The notes under the pieces are model-generated. The model saw nothing but the letters and a program-made list of their open reading frames with translations, did not search any database and was not told where the DNA came from. DNA of 64,000 bases from a virus, in the IMG/VR virus record IMGVR_UViG_3300044846_000719, positions 1-64,000 of that record; one strand, written 5' to 3'. Positions 52,501-60,507 of this stretch are shown piece after piece. The translations under genes were made by a program, and so were the position numbers. Position 1 is the stretch's first letter, and each line of letters starts with the position of its first letter.

Positions 52501-54634
52501 GTTTAAAAGGATTAGCACCATACTTATCATTTAGTATTTCATTACTTTCAGATAATAGATCTATTCTATCAAGAACTTCTTTTATTTTAACTGATTTGCT
52601 TTCTCCAGATAAATTAAAAGCTTGTTTAAATTCTTCATCAGATAACTGACCAAGTTTCTCAACATAATCTCTTACCTCACCAAGTTTACCAGTTTGGGCT
52701 AATGCAATTAGTTTATCACCAGTACTAATATCCTGAGTTACAGCTTCAAACAATGCCTCATCTTTGGCATCTTGATATTCTAACTTCTCACCTCTTTCAG
52801 CAGCTTCTTCCATCTTCTTCTGAATGTTTCTCTGAGATACCATATTGGCATCACTATTAGAGAAATCAGCAAATGGATTTGCTAAAGTTGCATTAAGAGT
52901 ATTTTTTGTTTTAGTAAGTAATTCTTTCTTTTGATTAGCGTATTCAGTATAAGCTGTTTTATCAGTTAAGTATTGGAAAGTCTTTGGTAATGTCTTATAC
53001 ATAAAGTTACCAAATGGACCGGCTACACCACCCATTAAGAAACCAGATAAGAAAGTCTCCATACCTTGAGCAGAGAATACTTGTCTATCCATTGCTTCTT
53101 TCATAGAAGCATTCATATAGTTCTTATGAATTAAAGAAGGATCTCTAAAGGTATCAATGTAATATTTCTTTAAACCATCAGATAATGTTTCCTGTGCTAA
53201 TTCCTGAAAACCTTCTGAGAAGTTTGCAGTAGTGTATCTGATACCTTTACCTAGTACATTCTTTGCAAATTCTTTAGGAGAAACAAATGGTTGAGCTAAT
53301 GTTTTACCAATTGTCTTCTCAGTATATTGCATGGCGCCTTTAAAGCCACCTTTTGCAGAAACTTTAATTAAGTCATCAGCAATTGTACCGGCACCCTCTT
53401 GCATGACATTCTGCAAAGGTTTGTAACCTTTAAAGATATTATCAAAAGTAATTTTGTTAGTAAAGTATAATAATGGTAAATTCTTAAACTCTGCTTCAAA
53501 TCCGGCTTTATTTCCCTGATCTAAAATATCCTGATGCTCTTTACCTTCAGGAAGCATAAAATTATTGTTCATTCTGTAATCATCAATGAGTGTATTATAC
53601 ACTTCATCTCTAACCATAGAACCTTCTAACTTACCCTCTGATAAAGCAGCATTAAGATTACGTACATCTCTATAGAATGCACCAAAGTACTTAGCTGTCT
53701 TAGCTGCATTATCTAATCTATAAATTGCATTAGCTCCAGTATTCAATCCTTTGATTGCAGTGTATGCTTCAAAAGTATTTTCTAATGGATTAATAAACTT
53801 ACCGGCAGAAGTAAAAAATGTTCTAGCTGAACCGGCTTGATCTAAACCTTTTAAAAAGTTTCTAGTAGCTGTAGCCATCTCACCAATTCTAGATACCTTA
53901 CCTAGATTCTGTGCAGTTCTACCAACAGCAAGAGCTGCCGCACCACCACCAGTACCAACTGTAAGAGCACCTAATGCTAATTCTTCTAAAGCAATTTCAG
54001 ATAATAAACCTACTGTATAACCAGAGTTAAGAATTAAGTTGTTTGCAAAACCTAAAGCACCACCCTTACTAGTCATACCAATCTCAGCAGCTTTACTATA
54101 CTCTTCACCAGCACTATCAAATAATTTAGTTGGATCACCACTAATTACATCACCAAGTGATTCAAATGTAGAGGTAAAACCTGTGGTAAATAACTTACCA
54201 AACTGACCAAACATCCTGCTGTATTCATCTCCCCATGAAGCATTTTGATTATACAATCCTTCATTATCTCTAAATGGAGAGAAACCTAAATCTTTAAACT
54301 TAGGGTGATTATAATATCTTTCGTAATTAGTTTGTGATTTACCAAATGCAATTGGATTTCTATAACCTGGAAGTTGTGATTCACTAGCTTTTTGACCAGC
54401 ATCAGTAAGCATACTATTAAAAGAATCCTGATCTGATATTGCTTTATTTACATGAACACCATTATAATAAGATGTTGATGGTCCTCCTATTGAGGATAAA
54501 TCAGCTGGTATTAAATTATTAATTACTGTTCCCGCCATTCCCCAATCTACTGGAGAGCTCATGGCGTCTAAAGGATTAGTTGCACCCATTAGAGAAGAAT
54601 CGTCTCTTCCTAAAAAATCTAAATTTTCAGACAT
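40571..54634 (-). CDS. Giant crAss-like virion RNA polymerase (4687 aa) with zincin-like domain
   Basis: RTPSQ and GADFDIDKLY catalytic motifs as in crAss-like vRNAPs; YHEAFH...EEYLAD zincin motif. Confidence 0.93.
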   Translation of the reverse strand: MSENLDFLGRDDSSLMGATNPLDAMSSPVDWGMAGTVINNLIPADLSSIGGPSTSYYNGVHVNKAISDQDSFNSMLTDAGQKASESQLPGYRNPIAFGKSQTNYERYYNHPKFKDLGFSPFRDNEGLYNQNASWGDEYSRMFGQFGKLFTTGFTSTFESLGDVISGDPTKLFDSAGEEYSKAAEIGMTSKGGALGFANNLILNSGYTVGLLSEIALEELALGALTVGTGGGAAALAVGRTAQNLGKVSRIGEMATATRNFLKGLDQAGSARTFFTSAGKFINPLENTFEAYTAIKGLNTGANAIYRLDNAAKTAKYFGAFYRDVRNLNAALSEGKLEGSMVRDEVYNTLIDDYRMNNNFMLPEGKEHQDILDQGNKAGFEAEFKNLPLLYFTNKITFDNIFKGYKPLQNVMQEGAGTIADDLIKVSAKGGFKGAMQYTEKTIGKTLAQPFVSPKEFAKNVLGKGIRYTTANFSEGFQELAQETLSDGLKKYYIDTFRDPSLIHKNYMNASMKEAMDRQVFSAQGMETFLSGFLMGGVAGPFGNFMYKTLPKTFQYLTDKTAYTEYANQKKELLTKTKNTLNATLANPFADFSNSDANMVSQRNIQKKMEEAAERGEKLEYQDAKDEALFEAVTQDISTGDKLIALAQTGKLGEVRDYVEKLGQLSDEEFKQAFNLSGESKSVKIKEVLDRIDLLSESNEILNDKYGANPFKPELYKAGSTERRNEEINFRAWENSKRMVMYHMFTNTRAIERRNTLLETAKASGALKNMAASDFDILFSDNSLNRELDILDIELSQVGEITDLALKKDMDNKAKKRELLKSFKEQYDLNLKKDGTYDKRKVSNLYKKYVNYIKFANEKDGNPAYIQDTVLENTFDQLFDYKVLDLRSQLLEQSINYLLDPVRFKELTERTSKVLTEAFEQRKKDVTSSDVYEKHIEMLEKNNVLATLQGMGVLVDPDQGVEFAKTGKIPTTFYHDSVIGAVKPTDEIYRDIMVVFEAYKQIKEAEEKRAKTEKTAKSNDFGTDTTEDEEDPGSEDIEDVSEFTQTVVRRAYDDYLKSLREVEVPISFEEFVVTKKGAGIINAITTLEAAYDAITDEAKPEFTEWLRANARTPLVYDTLNKNNVTFSDIFIQQRDENQYNKDVLQEGESIVSAGYNGVFITKINGIVNGVKTEVYFVKTNDGELAINNTDRPIEFSKLEADAFFNLEDAQIAQKAIGDYLAKNKKQFVFDNTPLVNGQIISDNKNNEYIVLSYPAEIAAGSNLKLKNVKTGAILPIPSFAGFKLERAPIEKKQYTSRLDDINTLNRAWGKRIGDESQKDATARLSNLLRDTPIEQLQEGLSIRFTNLNKSPQRYDYIRLPDQKENQSAGFFTDSYAIALVLNGEEIGYLPNPTSFQFLDTQGNPISIDRINADRVKQAFYLKDGKYPQAVTKIKGDYRNKIALLNYLKSKLGKNTSVEIPYEDLKKVAKINVGFGSYDLLYNTEARPKFSELSSNTINGAIYVINKENKYNKGSIITIPGSPISDIDIDILESTEKEIDAVRYNDAGVDGLLKYGRYVAVVKLPNGKIRFVELTTPVLSNEDLNTFVSDIKARIELTKKENVNAEEKIEAEEYNDIWNKENINNKLFIALPLKERGKFLNLYVSPSGSLVIDFINKNNGFNTKKFIDNPEFNTFSELLTLINSSIKEYDAEQKAENTKMNLVLTGRSFKAALPKTINTLQVLDMEASVGPNVVKNVSVYVTMLESASDVQADPLLVKVSNEDRSSTDVDINNLDLSNAPAGSAFNPDLLRGVAPVNPSVVSAQPTDARADIEKTEYGTISGSRPLSEIAGEDAKYYNLGNNIFAVVFDNDKIAAVVDKNYEVNGKYIAEKAFGKDGKFTPPNEKNVELTAKANNQDAALRIERLNNATKKLNELAATTQLSTKPIQVSSADALTRVLAAQQSIPQQIKQLQAQVDTKTDEVNDRLRAEKLAEKGELTTADKKEIRIQAENSPEVLAIKGQIEVLSKGMGLKVVAAGYTESDITNLTEFLTWAQNNLPDFVTVEDLNTLKTNLYNGGKTVGAFVSSLSNVAGNVEVNGTIYTSASSPFKYHEAFHAVFRLLLSDAQISRYLTIAKKELRDQLRKEGKSFSLAKEEMRLLNPLYAAMSESALEERMYEEYLADKFEEWKINKKTETNYVNKGLFARIVEWIKKVFSRFGKNELNSLFDNIDAGKYRNSKVVTNRFTDSPFDISEPVLKAIKIGTDIIEDSTFAAEGEVNYIKVDKYLPEQEGTRLSATVAAIYNNKLKDATKETNTDELLDSVLDIYEELYNPNLDQYVDLDTATLNKLKEYKLIFSKIENRNILKESVREHLAILGIKETNEANEDEERKLLLGDKAAFNYTEGAASVGGFGSLSMFLRSWISTITYQAADEFGNKQFLDGTPYVQSVDGSTVYNGILQAIAGTEDTEEILLKLNLYKDRNFESGKVIEEFFIQTGVTFDEDGNVNLENVKNSYLFQSFIKGFGQHAVDYLFINKDTKKQITNIISANRKDSGKVQFDQWSQAYSNVYESKLTPELKKKATTVLKNLRNAMEPTKKYTDDKLVNITNKLSVDLMEVLGISLSGMYLSYSIVNMIDTSKLTPQQLTLFNLYSGVKPIDREDIDKIKNLIETEENPFINLEYDTEVDTETGDIVKETEILSGGATTRLYNIAKANTVFDESVYATSWKNAENKLVYVHQLPSYHLVKMNEIKKAGAIDKLLEDQFLRDNFLLNNPNFKDILNLINVKRIDGQKVSSLIETGEGDIIENKELEVNRREGSTYGSYTPEEFITTLIDLYSAGEIREVNKKKFADSFHLIRVLEASNTGNIVNLPIVKAVKKVNDNNIITDEAKNAILSFVEQEYNRIRRVATEETDEEIYDYNTGKMRGLTLFKTDKLLTEDFKNDLEEQAKKNLPLTDSQKNQIKAEAINTLLKEVDAIIELLKLENVIKVNDENKITDSAISGFLTKGFKIIKKEADSKKSKTLKKVKDDVKNSLYNIKDNDYRYNLIQIYLNDFINTTAINQLMHGDHALSFKDTVDEIKRARGSNATGSNISSAIKDEKLGIMHAFKTAHVVTIADPKFTANFAGGKKDKADAQMWMTVKALRYTSHGLGKLSPILNELLNKIEKGEAVTGDFFFGNAKTKGAISFNAVTNSIKLVYFDGQTYIKTSGVVLTKELTSYGKNFQYALPGKEELHSLRNTLEAYEKDRETVSLAIPVSASKGKKVNVANDVYSITDRNFIETDTKYWRLQLENPSNKIIITDTTQIKTIITTEQKDDTPVDFMGTEITVGDLKEIYKKASINRVKVNYIGKRNAIFTLDTGFDEVRKSIAAGSVTPKLAAFQRYAIETLKSSAGDAQMIEFFELDEQGEPKYDLNSPITIDKFVELFLSYFSKGVLSEKIPGHSVALMSDFGMKQLKKVLELDENGQPKRWEIVRVEEFKTNPSKYGTPKTQADLENRTYNDLQVGDYYVDDLRHNVPEYDENGKITGYFTEFIMPAHFKELLSFIKPGDKIPDAIAKMFGVRTPSQDKHSAVALKLVDFMPVYYGSTAIFPQELIEISGADFDIDKLYIAIQEWLVENGEFKAYGSGTTKTEKFNQFVKYQFSKNKEFRKTYNDYYQAFQKEANEFKDYAVDYLDELDIIDENATTLDLDKKEIIEATLKALNLPADVDEYNTKVEKLGYEPYQGALNNTIVNARIALLNNTDMVTAEEGKIPKAFQVATVQPLKDIVKSFTERFPELRDQLEEGRYNVDTLLGKYYGFRNNKEGSRNIGAAVNALLVYTVVNPYKIKIRKTNSYTDETGEKIDLTNLRFKLNGKEFDTYGETQAYNPETGQYDGERIMFILSALVSAMTDNAKERLAAKLGLNIDSLGIVANMIAQGVSLDDSILFINQPIIHEFYKRLRTNKSSYAKDSERIKGKTAIIKELMDEYKVTEVPSNITTADLEEGIRRNIAAVQIAVLNNFKVLIGQSDAMMSLSSILKLNKGLPNKDLTEFDEIYNKAVDLGLEMNDKEFEVSSIPFDVRALLRNSDNTFGFNFTVYREIKSLMGSVMLNRTPVVNRLRDIVIANTDVNFRDRKNFKNTLDKNLISFFAIKAYVNILKKGGYNRALASLNNGMIYDQTASTLPENMDNVTDVVKKLRELSPNNYFVNKFLFAITAGNRANKDAINKVEFNNWTKLSKLQVNKIQYSFMELYTNELTRPYAIDLFHYLLVKDGGQFKSGSFIRIMPNFMFEMILNSSASAVTALKGQADDRLVVKTFGVNLNELYNEFVRGFLQSSSVTFFTKNIRSKISKNDQLNELKKDLNIASGVELKSPMVIANDKLEVNVFKNTEFEKEMIPLGDVSNYKGDEMIVDSKGNYQIVQPMISLPGPSKLTEEGKKLYRYNLKYLKALGFILANKDEKTQIGFPLVIKIVEFSDKSKLITYYKLTTVKRDRVDNKENLADLIQPGDVYAFGVSAEYEKFISTGSKKQFASGFVIPGNLPTSTQLFANRKNKDVFNNPGAMPDTNIDKLIDDQAANIDKQLGNIDLSNAPANINSTLASNGIQAKTVGKKIVYEKDGKPYETDAKSPAELAKTLTPKAQEPEIGDVEAMLANVPAAAFNPAIGAMFKARTDYPVLSEFFMELTDEQKDKIKQDLNITSLVNFVDQYKDYVKTNGGDQNSFVEQIKKCYL

Positions 54635-54655
54635 TTGTTAAATAAGTTTTTAAAG

Positions 54656-57394
54656 TTAACGTAATATATTTGGATCTCTTATACCTTTTGCCGCAACAGT
54701 TGCTTTTTTCTGTCTAGCATTCTTCTCCGCATATCCATTTAATATTTTGTTCAAGTTGTTATAATATGTAGTGTATCCACCATCAGCTGCTGGCATAATA
54801 GGATCTTGGTTAACAGAGATACTCTCCGTTAAATTACCTAAATTATCTACACTATATGCAAATCCAGAAGATACTAATGCTCCACCAGGTAATTCAGTAA
54901 GTTTTATATTACCACCGTAAGGAACATTTAAATCAATAGATTTAGTAGGGCTGGCATTAATCCTTACTTTAATAGGATCAATTGATGTAGCCATACCACG
55001 TTGAATATTCATATCATTTTCTGTAGGAATTTGAATAGTAATCTTACCACCGGCAGCCTGAATATTTTTATATTCCTCGCTTTTTTCATCTAATCTCTCT
55101 AAAGCACTCTTAGGTACTGTAATAGTATATGAAGAAATATTAGGATTACCAGCAGTAGCTCTTTGATATTGTACATCAGTTACATAACGATTCTCACCTT
55201 TTCTATCAGTATTAGCACTTAAGAATGTATTTTCAATTAAACCTTTAATTTCTCCAGAAGGACTTTCTCCAATCTCTGTAGCACCTTTACCATAAGATAC
55301 TGTAATACCTGCAGGATTTCTATAATAACTATTAACCAATGATTGTAACTGACCAGTTGCTATTGGATTATTAACCGAAGGATCATATGTAATAGTAGTG
55401 GCTCCAACGTTCATTAATCCGGTACCCATACCAACTTGTCCAGAACCATATAAATCATTGTAGACACTATATACAGATCCTTTTTTGCTACCGTAATATT
55501 GACCTAATTCTTTTTTGATATTAGCATACTCACGTTTAGCATCATTCTCTAATATTTCATTAATGGGTTTAGCATAACTGTCATTATAGGTATTAGTACC
55601 CATACCAAATGAACTTCCACCATATACAATACCTCTATCACTACTATTTAAAGTGGCTTTTCTTTTAGCTACATAGTCAGCAACATATTGATCTTCAGTT
55701 GCAATCTTACCATCCTTAACAAAACCATCAAGATTAACAAAAGATCCTTTAGCACTCTTAAACTGATCAGTACCTTTCCAGTTATTAAATGTATTTAATA
55801 GATCTGAATTAAATTTACTTTCTACTTGATTAATAGCACCAACTGTTTGAGTAATATTCTGCCACTCATTCATAAATCTTGGATCTCTACTTAAAGCACC
55901 AGCTCTAATTTTTTCATCAAACTTGCCATACATGCTTGCAATCTTACTAGCATTTGCAGGATCCTGAGCTTTTGCAGCTAATTCAGCAGGACTAATTTGT
56001 TTACCATCCCACTCAATTGGCATATTACCAGATTTAGCAGAAGCTAACCCAATTAACTGAGCCATGTTTTGAGATACTTGTGTTTTAGCAGTAAGCAAAT
56101 CTTTTTGATTGACATCAATTGCTTCACCTAAATCAATATCACCACCAGCTGCTGTAGGTATAGTAATTAAACCTTCTTGTGACATTGGTGCTTGATCTAA
56201 CTCTTTTTTATATCTCTCTAATTCTTTAGCATGTTCATGTCTGATATTCTCCATAGCAATTGGATTAATTTCATAATCAACATCCATTTTAATTTGAGAA
56301 CCTGTAACTGCAGCATTTCTAAAATCCTTATCCATAAGAATTTTTGTCTTAAGCATTCTAGCTTTAGCTACATAATCACTCTCGGCATTTATTTGCTCAT
56401 TATCAAAATCAACATTTCTTTTTGCTGTATGTAATAATTCTTTCTCTCTAAGATTAGCAATATAACGTTTGTGATCATCAGAACCGGGTACAATACCCTC
56501 ATTCTTAATCATCTCTTCAGTAGACAAAACAACACCGCTTATAGTGCTATAGTCATCATTAAGTTTTTGATTATACTTCTGCCATTCTTTAGGCAATGTT
56601 TTCATTATCTCATCTGCATAAACTGCTGCAGCTTGTTCTTTAGTTCCATAAAGCGGAGTATTCTTTTCTATGAAATTATTATAATCTACATATGCCTCTG
56701 TGTTATATATTTCTTTTATCTGAGGATCATTGCCCATAATAGAAGATAAATACTGATACATAGGAGTTATTGCAGCTGCACCATTTTGATACTTAACTAT
56801 CCAGTTGCCTTCAAAAGAAGTTTTCTTGATATCAAATCCAGCGTCCTTTAAATACTTTTGAGCTACATCATGCACATTAACAAATGGTACATATCTAGCA
56901 GCACCCATATTTAATGCTTGTTCATCTGATGCTTCAGCAAAAGCTTTTCTTTGATACTCTAAAGCTTTAACACCGGTATCCCAATATTTACCACGTAGTT
57001 CTTTATCTTCTGAATCTCTATATGATTGAGCATTACCTAATTGATTATTAAACTGCTTTGTCCAAACCATATCTTTAACCATATTTTTATCTTCATAAAA
57101 TGGTTTAAATACAGCTGCAGCAATATCTACATTCTGTGGTAATGATAAATCTGTAGAGGATATTTTTTTAATATTGTTCTCTGCAGCTTTAAAAAATTCG
57201 GCACGTCTCTCTTCATTAGAACCTCTAGTTAATGGAGAATTCAGAACGCTACTATATATACTATTGATTTGATTAAACGCATTGTCATAAGCATTCTGCT
57301 TATACTGCAATGAGTTCATCAAAAAACTATAATCTGGTTGAAAAGGTGTAATCTCCGGAATCCTATCCGTAACACCTTGTATATAGGTTGCCAT
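54656..57394 (-). CDS. Virion cargo/ejection protein (912 aa)
   Basis: Directly upstream of vRNAP, as in the crAss-like giant-gene triplet; helical composition. Confidence 0.65.
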   Translation of the reverse strand: MATYIQGVTDRIPEITPFQPDYSFLMNSLQYKQNAYDNAFNQINSIYSSVLNSPLTRGSNEERRAEFFKAAENNIKKISSTDLSLPQNVDIAAAVFKPFYEDKNMVKDMVWTKQFNNQLGNAQSYRDSEDKELRGKYWDTGVKALEYQRKAFAEASDEQALNMGAARYVPFVNVHDVAQKYLKDAGFDIKKTSFEGNWIVKYQNGAAAITPMYQYLSSIMGNDPQIKEIYNTEAYVDYNNFIEKNTPLYGTKEQAAAVYADEIMKTLPKEWQKYNQKLNDDYSTISGVVLSTEEMIKNEGIVPGSDDHKRYIANLREKELLHTAKRNVDFDNEQINAESDYVAKARMLKTKILMDKDFRNAAVTGSQIKMDVDYEINPIAMENIRHEHAKELERYKKELDQAPMSQEGLITIPTAAGGDIDLGEAIDVNQKDLLTAKTQVSQNMAQLIGLASAKSGNMPIEWDGKQISPAELAAKAQDPANASKIASMYGKFDEKIRAGALSRDPRFMNEWQNITQTVGAINQVESKFNSDLLNTFNNWKGTDQFKSAKGSFVNLDGFVKDGKIATEDQYVADYVAKRKATLNSSDRGIVYGGSSFGMGTNTYNDSYAKPINEILENDAKREYANIKKELGQYYGSKKGSVYSVYNDLYGSGQVGMGTGLMNVGATTITYDPSVNNPIATGQLQSLVNSYYRNPAGITVSYGKGATEIGESPSGEIKGLIENTFLSANTDRKGENRYVTDVQYQRATAGNPNISSYTITVPKSALERLDEKSEEYKNIQAAGGKITIQIPTENDMNIQRGMATSIDPIKVRINASPTKSIDLNVPYGGNIKLTELPGGALVSSGFAYSVDNLGNLTESISVNQDPIMPAADGGYTTYYNNLNKILNGYAEKNARQKKATVAAKGIRDPNILR

Positions 57395-57415
57395 ACTTTA
57401 CATTACAATATACTA

Positions 57416-57423
57416 CAAATTTA
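57416..57423 (-). promoter_or_regulatory. TAnnTTTG element upstream of the cargo/vRNAP operon
   Basis: Reverse complement TAAATTTG, 21 nt before ATG 57394. Confidence 0.45.
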
Positions 57424-57451
57424 CAGGGTTTATTAAACTTATAAAAGTTAA

Positions 57452-60400
57452 TTAGTTATCATTTAAACCAAAGAATTTAGCTAGTCTATCAGCATCAACC
57501 TCTTTTTTAGATTTGTTACGATTGTTAGCTAATTTCATAGCTACCTCATATTTATCTTTAGGAGATAATGCTTTAAAGTATGGATCTTCTTTTTCTAAGT
57601 CAGAAATAAAACTAGATAATCCAGCTTTACCAGATTGTGTAGATGAACCAGAAAACTGTCTTCCGGCAGGATTAAAGTTTAACATACCACCAGTTCTAGG
57701 ATCAATCATATAATCAGAGACAAGACTATTCATAACTTGTGTTTTAGCTCTATTAGTAAATGCAGGAACTAAACCACTCTGTACAAGATTAGTGTTGGCT
57801 TGATTTACAGAGTTATCATATTGTTGACTAGCAATAGCAAGTCCAGCTAAATAATCCTGAGTACTTTTTTGATTAGCTAATTTACCCTGATTGGTTATTT
57901 GCTTATTAGCTTGTTCAAATTGATTAGCTACACCAACGTTTAAGTTATTATATCTAGCTTCAATGTTAGCAGCATTAGCTAAACCCCTACCTTGTAGATC
58001 TGAGAATCTTGCATTAAATGCTTGTGGTCCAGTAAACTGTGCTAAATTCTGAGCAGCAATGTTAACCATCTCAGCATTATTAGCTAACTCTCTGTTAGGA
58101 TCATAATAAGTAGGCTTCATAAGTTCTGGCTCATACTGACTCATTGTAGGATTGTACTGATTAATATTTAATCTATTAGCTAATCCTAATCCAGTATTCA
58201 TAACATCCTGAATATAAAAATCATTACGTTTATATTTTGGAGTAGTATCTATATCTTCTTGATAATAATTATATCCTCCTTCTTCTGGTTTTGGTTCTGG
58301 TTCTTTTCTTAATTTAGCAATCTGTCTATTAGAAGTATTACCAAAAACAGCATCTTCCTCACTAACATTTAATTTTCCTAAATATGATTTCTCATCTGTA
58401 ACTCCTTCAGGTGTCCATCTAAATCGTTTTAATTTTGTAGAAATTACAGGATCATTACTTATAGAAAGTTTACCAAGAATTTGATATCCTGATTGCCATT
58501 TGGCAATTTCTGGTTTATCTAAAGGATTAAGACCTAACTTTTTAATAGCTGCCTCATATACAACATTTTCTTTACCAAACTTTTTAACTCTATCCCAGTC
58601 TTCACTATTTAAAATATCTTCAGGATAATTTGCTGTAAGAGCATATGCATGACGTTGGTTTTCAAGATAATTTTTAACAAATTCATCAGAGCTTCCTGTA
58701 AATTTATCTTTAGGATGCGCATTGTTATAATCAGTTAGCAATCTTTCTTTAATTACTGGATCTTCTAATGTTGTTTTAAGTTGATCATAGTCAGCTGTAT
58801 AATCACCATATTGTCCTATAAGAAGATCAGCACCAAGAACTGGGTTATAATTTTCAATCTCAGATAGAACAGAATATTCTGTTGCACCTGGTGCAGCAAC
58901 TGGTGCTCTTTGTGCAGGACGAGGTTGATTTATAACAGGAGTTTGTATTCTTTGTTGAACTGGAGGCATAAACTGATTAAATGCTCCTGACACATTACCT
59001 AAGTTAAAACCAGTTTGAGCTTTAGGCATACCACCATACATTGCAGTTTGCATACCTTCTGATGGATTAACCGGCATCATATCTTGAGGATTAACTCCAA
59101 TCTTCTGTAAGTAAGGATGTGCAATACTAGGAATACCTTGTGGGAATCCTTTCATCTCTTCTTGTATAAGAGCTAATTGACCTAACTTAGTTGTATAGTT
59201 ATCAAGCATTCTTTGAGCAGTTACTTTTTCAATAGTATCAGAGTTAGGATCTGCTAATATTTTTCTATATGTAGGATCATTTAAATTAAACTTCTTAGAG
59301 ACATCAGCAATTACATAACCTTTCTTACTAGGATTTAATCCAAGCATGTCTTGATAATCACTATTTTTTATTTTCATGCTCTTTTGTTTTGTAAAAATAA
59401 AAGATCCTTCAGGAGCTTGATTACCATCTAATGGTACACCACCTTCAGCATTTGGATCTTTACTATGATTAGGTCCATTAATTGTATATAATTGTGGAAT
59501 ACCATCATCACCAGGTCTTACAATTGTTTCACCACCTTCAGCCTCTAATACAGCTGTAGATCTAGGTGCAGCAGTCATACTTTGATTTACAACAGTTTCT
59601 GGTTCACCTTTAGTAGCACCACTAAATATGTTCATCATATATGCTGAGTTACCATACAACTGATTAACAGCTTTAGCATTTTGAGTACCACCATATTGAG
59701 CTTGTGGCATACTTGTGATTCTTATTTTTCTTTTCATTTCTCCACCCATTTGGGCCTCTTTAAATTTACTACCAGATACATATTCATTAGGTCTAAAATA
59801 TGGACCTATACCAGGTGTGTTAATTAAATAATCTCCTTTGTTACCAGAATAGTCCTCCGGTCTTGGATTGAATAAGTTATCTGCTAGTAATTGATCTGTA
59901 AGATTTGCTTGAGCATTTCTATCTTGAATCTTTCTAGCAACAGAACTAAATACATCTGTAGTAGCTAGTAAAGCAGGACCAATATAAGGATTACCTTTTT
60001 GTTGTTGAGGTTTTGTTTTATTACCTGGTATCTGATAATCCCAAGATTGTTGTGCTGATTTTTTAAAATCACTTGGCATTTCTAATGGTGTACCCATTGG
60101 TAATCCTGGAGTTAAATTAGCTTGTCCTTGATAAACATCAGCTGGTAAAAAATTAGCAAATGATGTACCTCTTATATTAGAAACATTCTCATTTATTTTA
60201 GTTCCTGTATTAAAAGATCCTGTAGTATTTGGATCACCCTGATATACATCAGCATAAAAAGAAGGATTTGTATTTGTTTCAAAACTTGGCATTCCTACAT
60301 TGAAATTACCAGTAGTGTTTGGATTACCAGCATATACATCTGCAGCAATTGTAGGAGAAAAATATGGAAGGTCTTGAAGTGGATTACCAAACATACCTTG

Positions 60401-60502
60401 ATTCTTATACCATATGGCTTTTTGCTCTGGTGTTAAAACGATAGGAGCTTCTTTACCCGTTTGAGCTTTTGGTAAACTCTTAACCCTTACTTTTCTTTTC
60501 AT
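57452..60502 (-). CDS. Large putative virion protein (1016 aa)
   Basis: EAEGGET...GPNHS...GGVP motif, AQxG(G) repeats, N/Q-rich C-terminus. Confidence 0.65.
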   Translation of the reverse strand: MKRKVRVKSLPKAQTGKEAPIVLTPEQKAIWYKNQGMFGNPLQDLPYFSPTIAADVYAGNPNTTGNFNVGMPSFETNTNPSFYADVYQGDPNTTGSFNTGTKINENVSNIRGTSFANFLPADVYQGQANLTPGLPMGTPLEMPSDFKKSAQQSWDYQIPGNKTKPQQQKGNPYIGPALLATTDVFSSVARKIQDRNAQANLTDQLLADNLFNPRPEDYSGNKGDYLINTPGIGPYFRPNEYVSGSKFKEAQMGGEMKRKIRITSMPQAQYGGTQNAKAVNQLYGNSAYMMNIFSGATKGEPETVVNQSMTAAPRSTAVLEAEGGETIVRPGDDGIPQLYTINGPNHSKDPNAEGGVPLDGNQAPEGSFIFTKQKSMKIKNSDYQDMLGLNPSKKGYVIADVSKKFNLNDPTYRKILADPNSDTIEKVTAQRMLDNYTTKLGQLALIQEEMKGFPQGIPSIAHPYLQKIGVNPQDMMPVNPSEGMQTAMYGGMPKAQTGFNLGNVSGAFNQFMPPVQQRIQTPVINQPRPAQRAPVAAPGATEYSVLSEIENYNPVLGADLLIGQYGDYTADYDQLKTTLEDPVIKERLLTDYNNAHPKDKFTGSSDEFVKNYLENQRHAYALTANYPEDILNSEDWDRVKKFGKENVVYEAAIKKLGLNPLDKPEIAKWQSGYQILGKLSISNDPVISTKLKRFRWTPEGVTDEKSYLGKLNVSEEDAVFGNTSNRQIAKLRKEPEPKPEEGGYNYYQEDIDTTPKYKRNDFYIQDVMNTGLGLANRLNINQYNPTMSQYEPELMKPTYYDPNRELANNAEMVNIAAQNLAQFTGPQAFNARFSDLQGRGLANAANIEARYNNLNVGVANQFEQANKQITNQGKLANQKSTQDYLAGLAIASQQYDNSVNQANTNLVQSGLVPAFTNRAKTQVMNSLVSDYMIDPRTGGMLNFNPAGRQFSGSSTQSGKAGLSSFISDLEKEDPYFKALSPKDKYEVAMKLANNRNKSKKEVDADRLAKFFGLNDN

Positions 60503-60507
60503 GTCAA

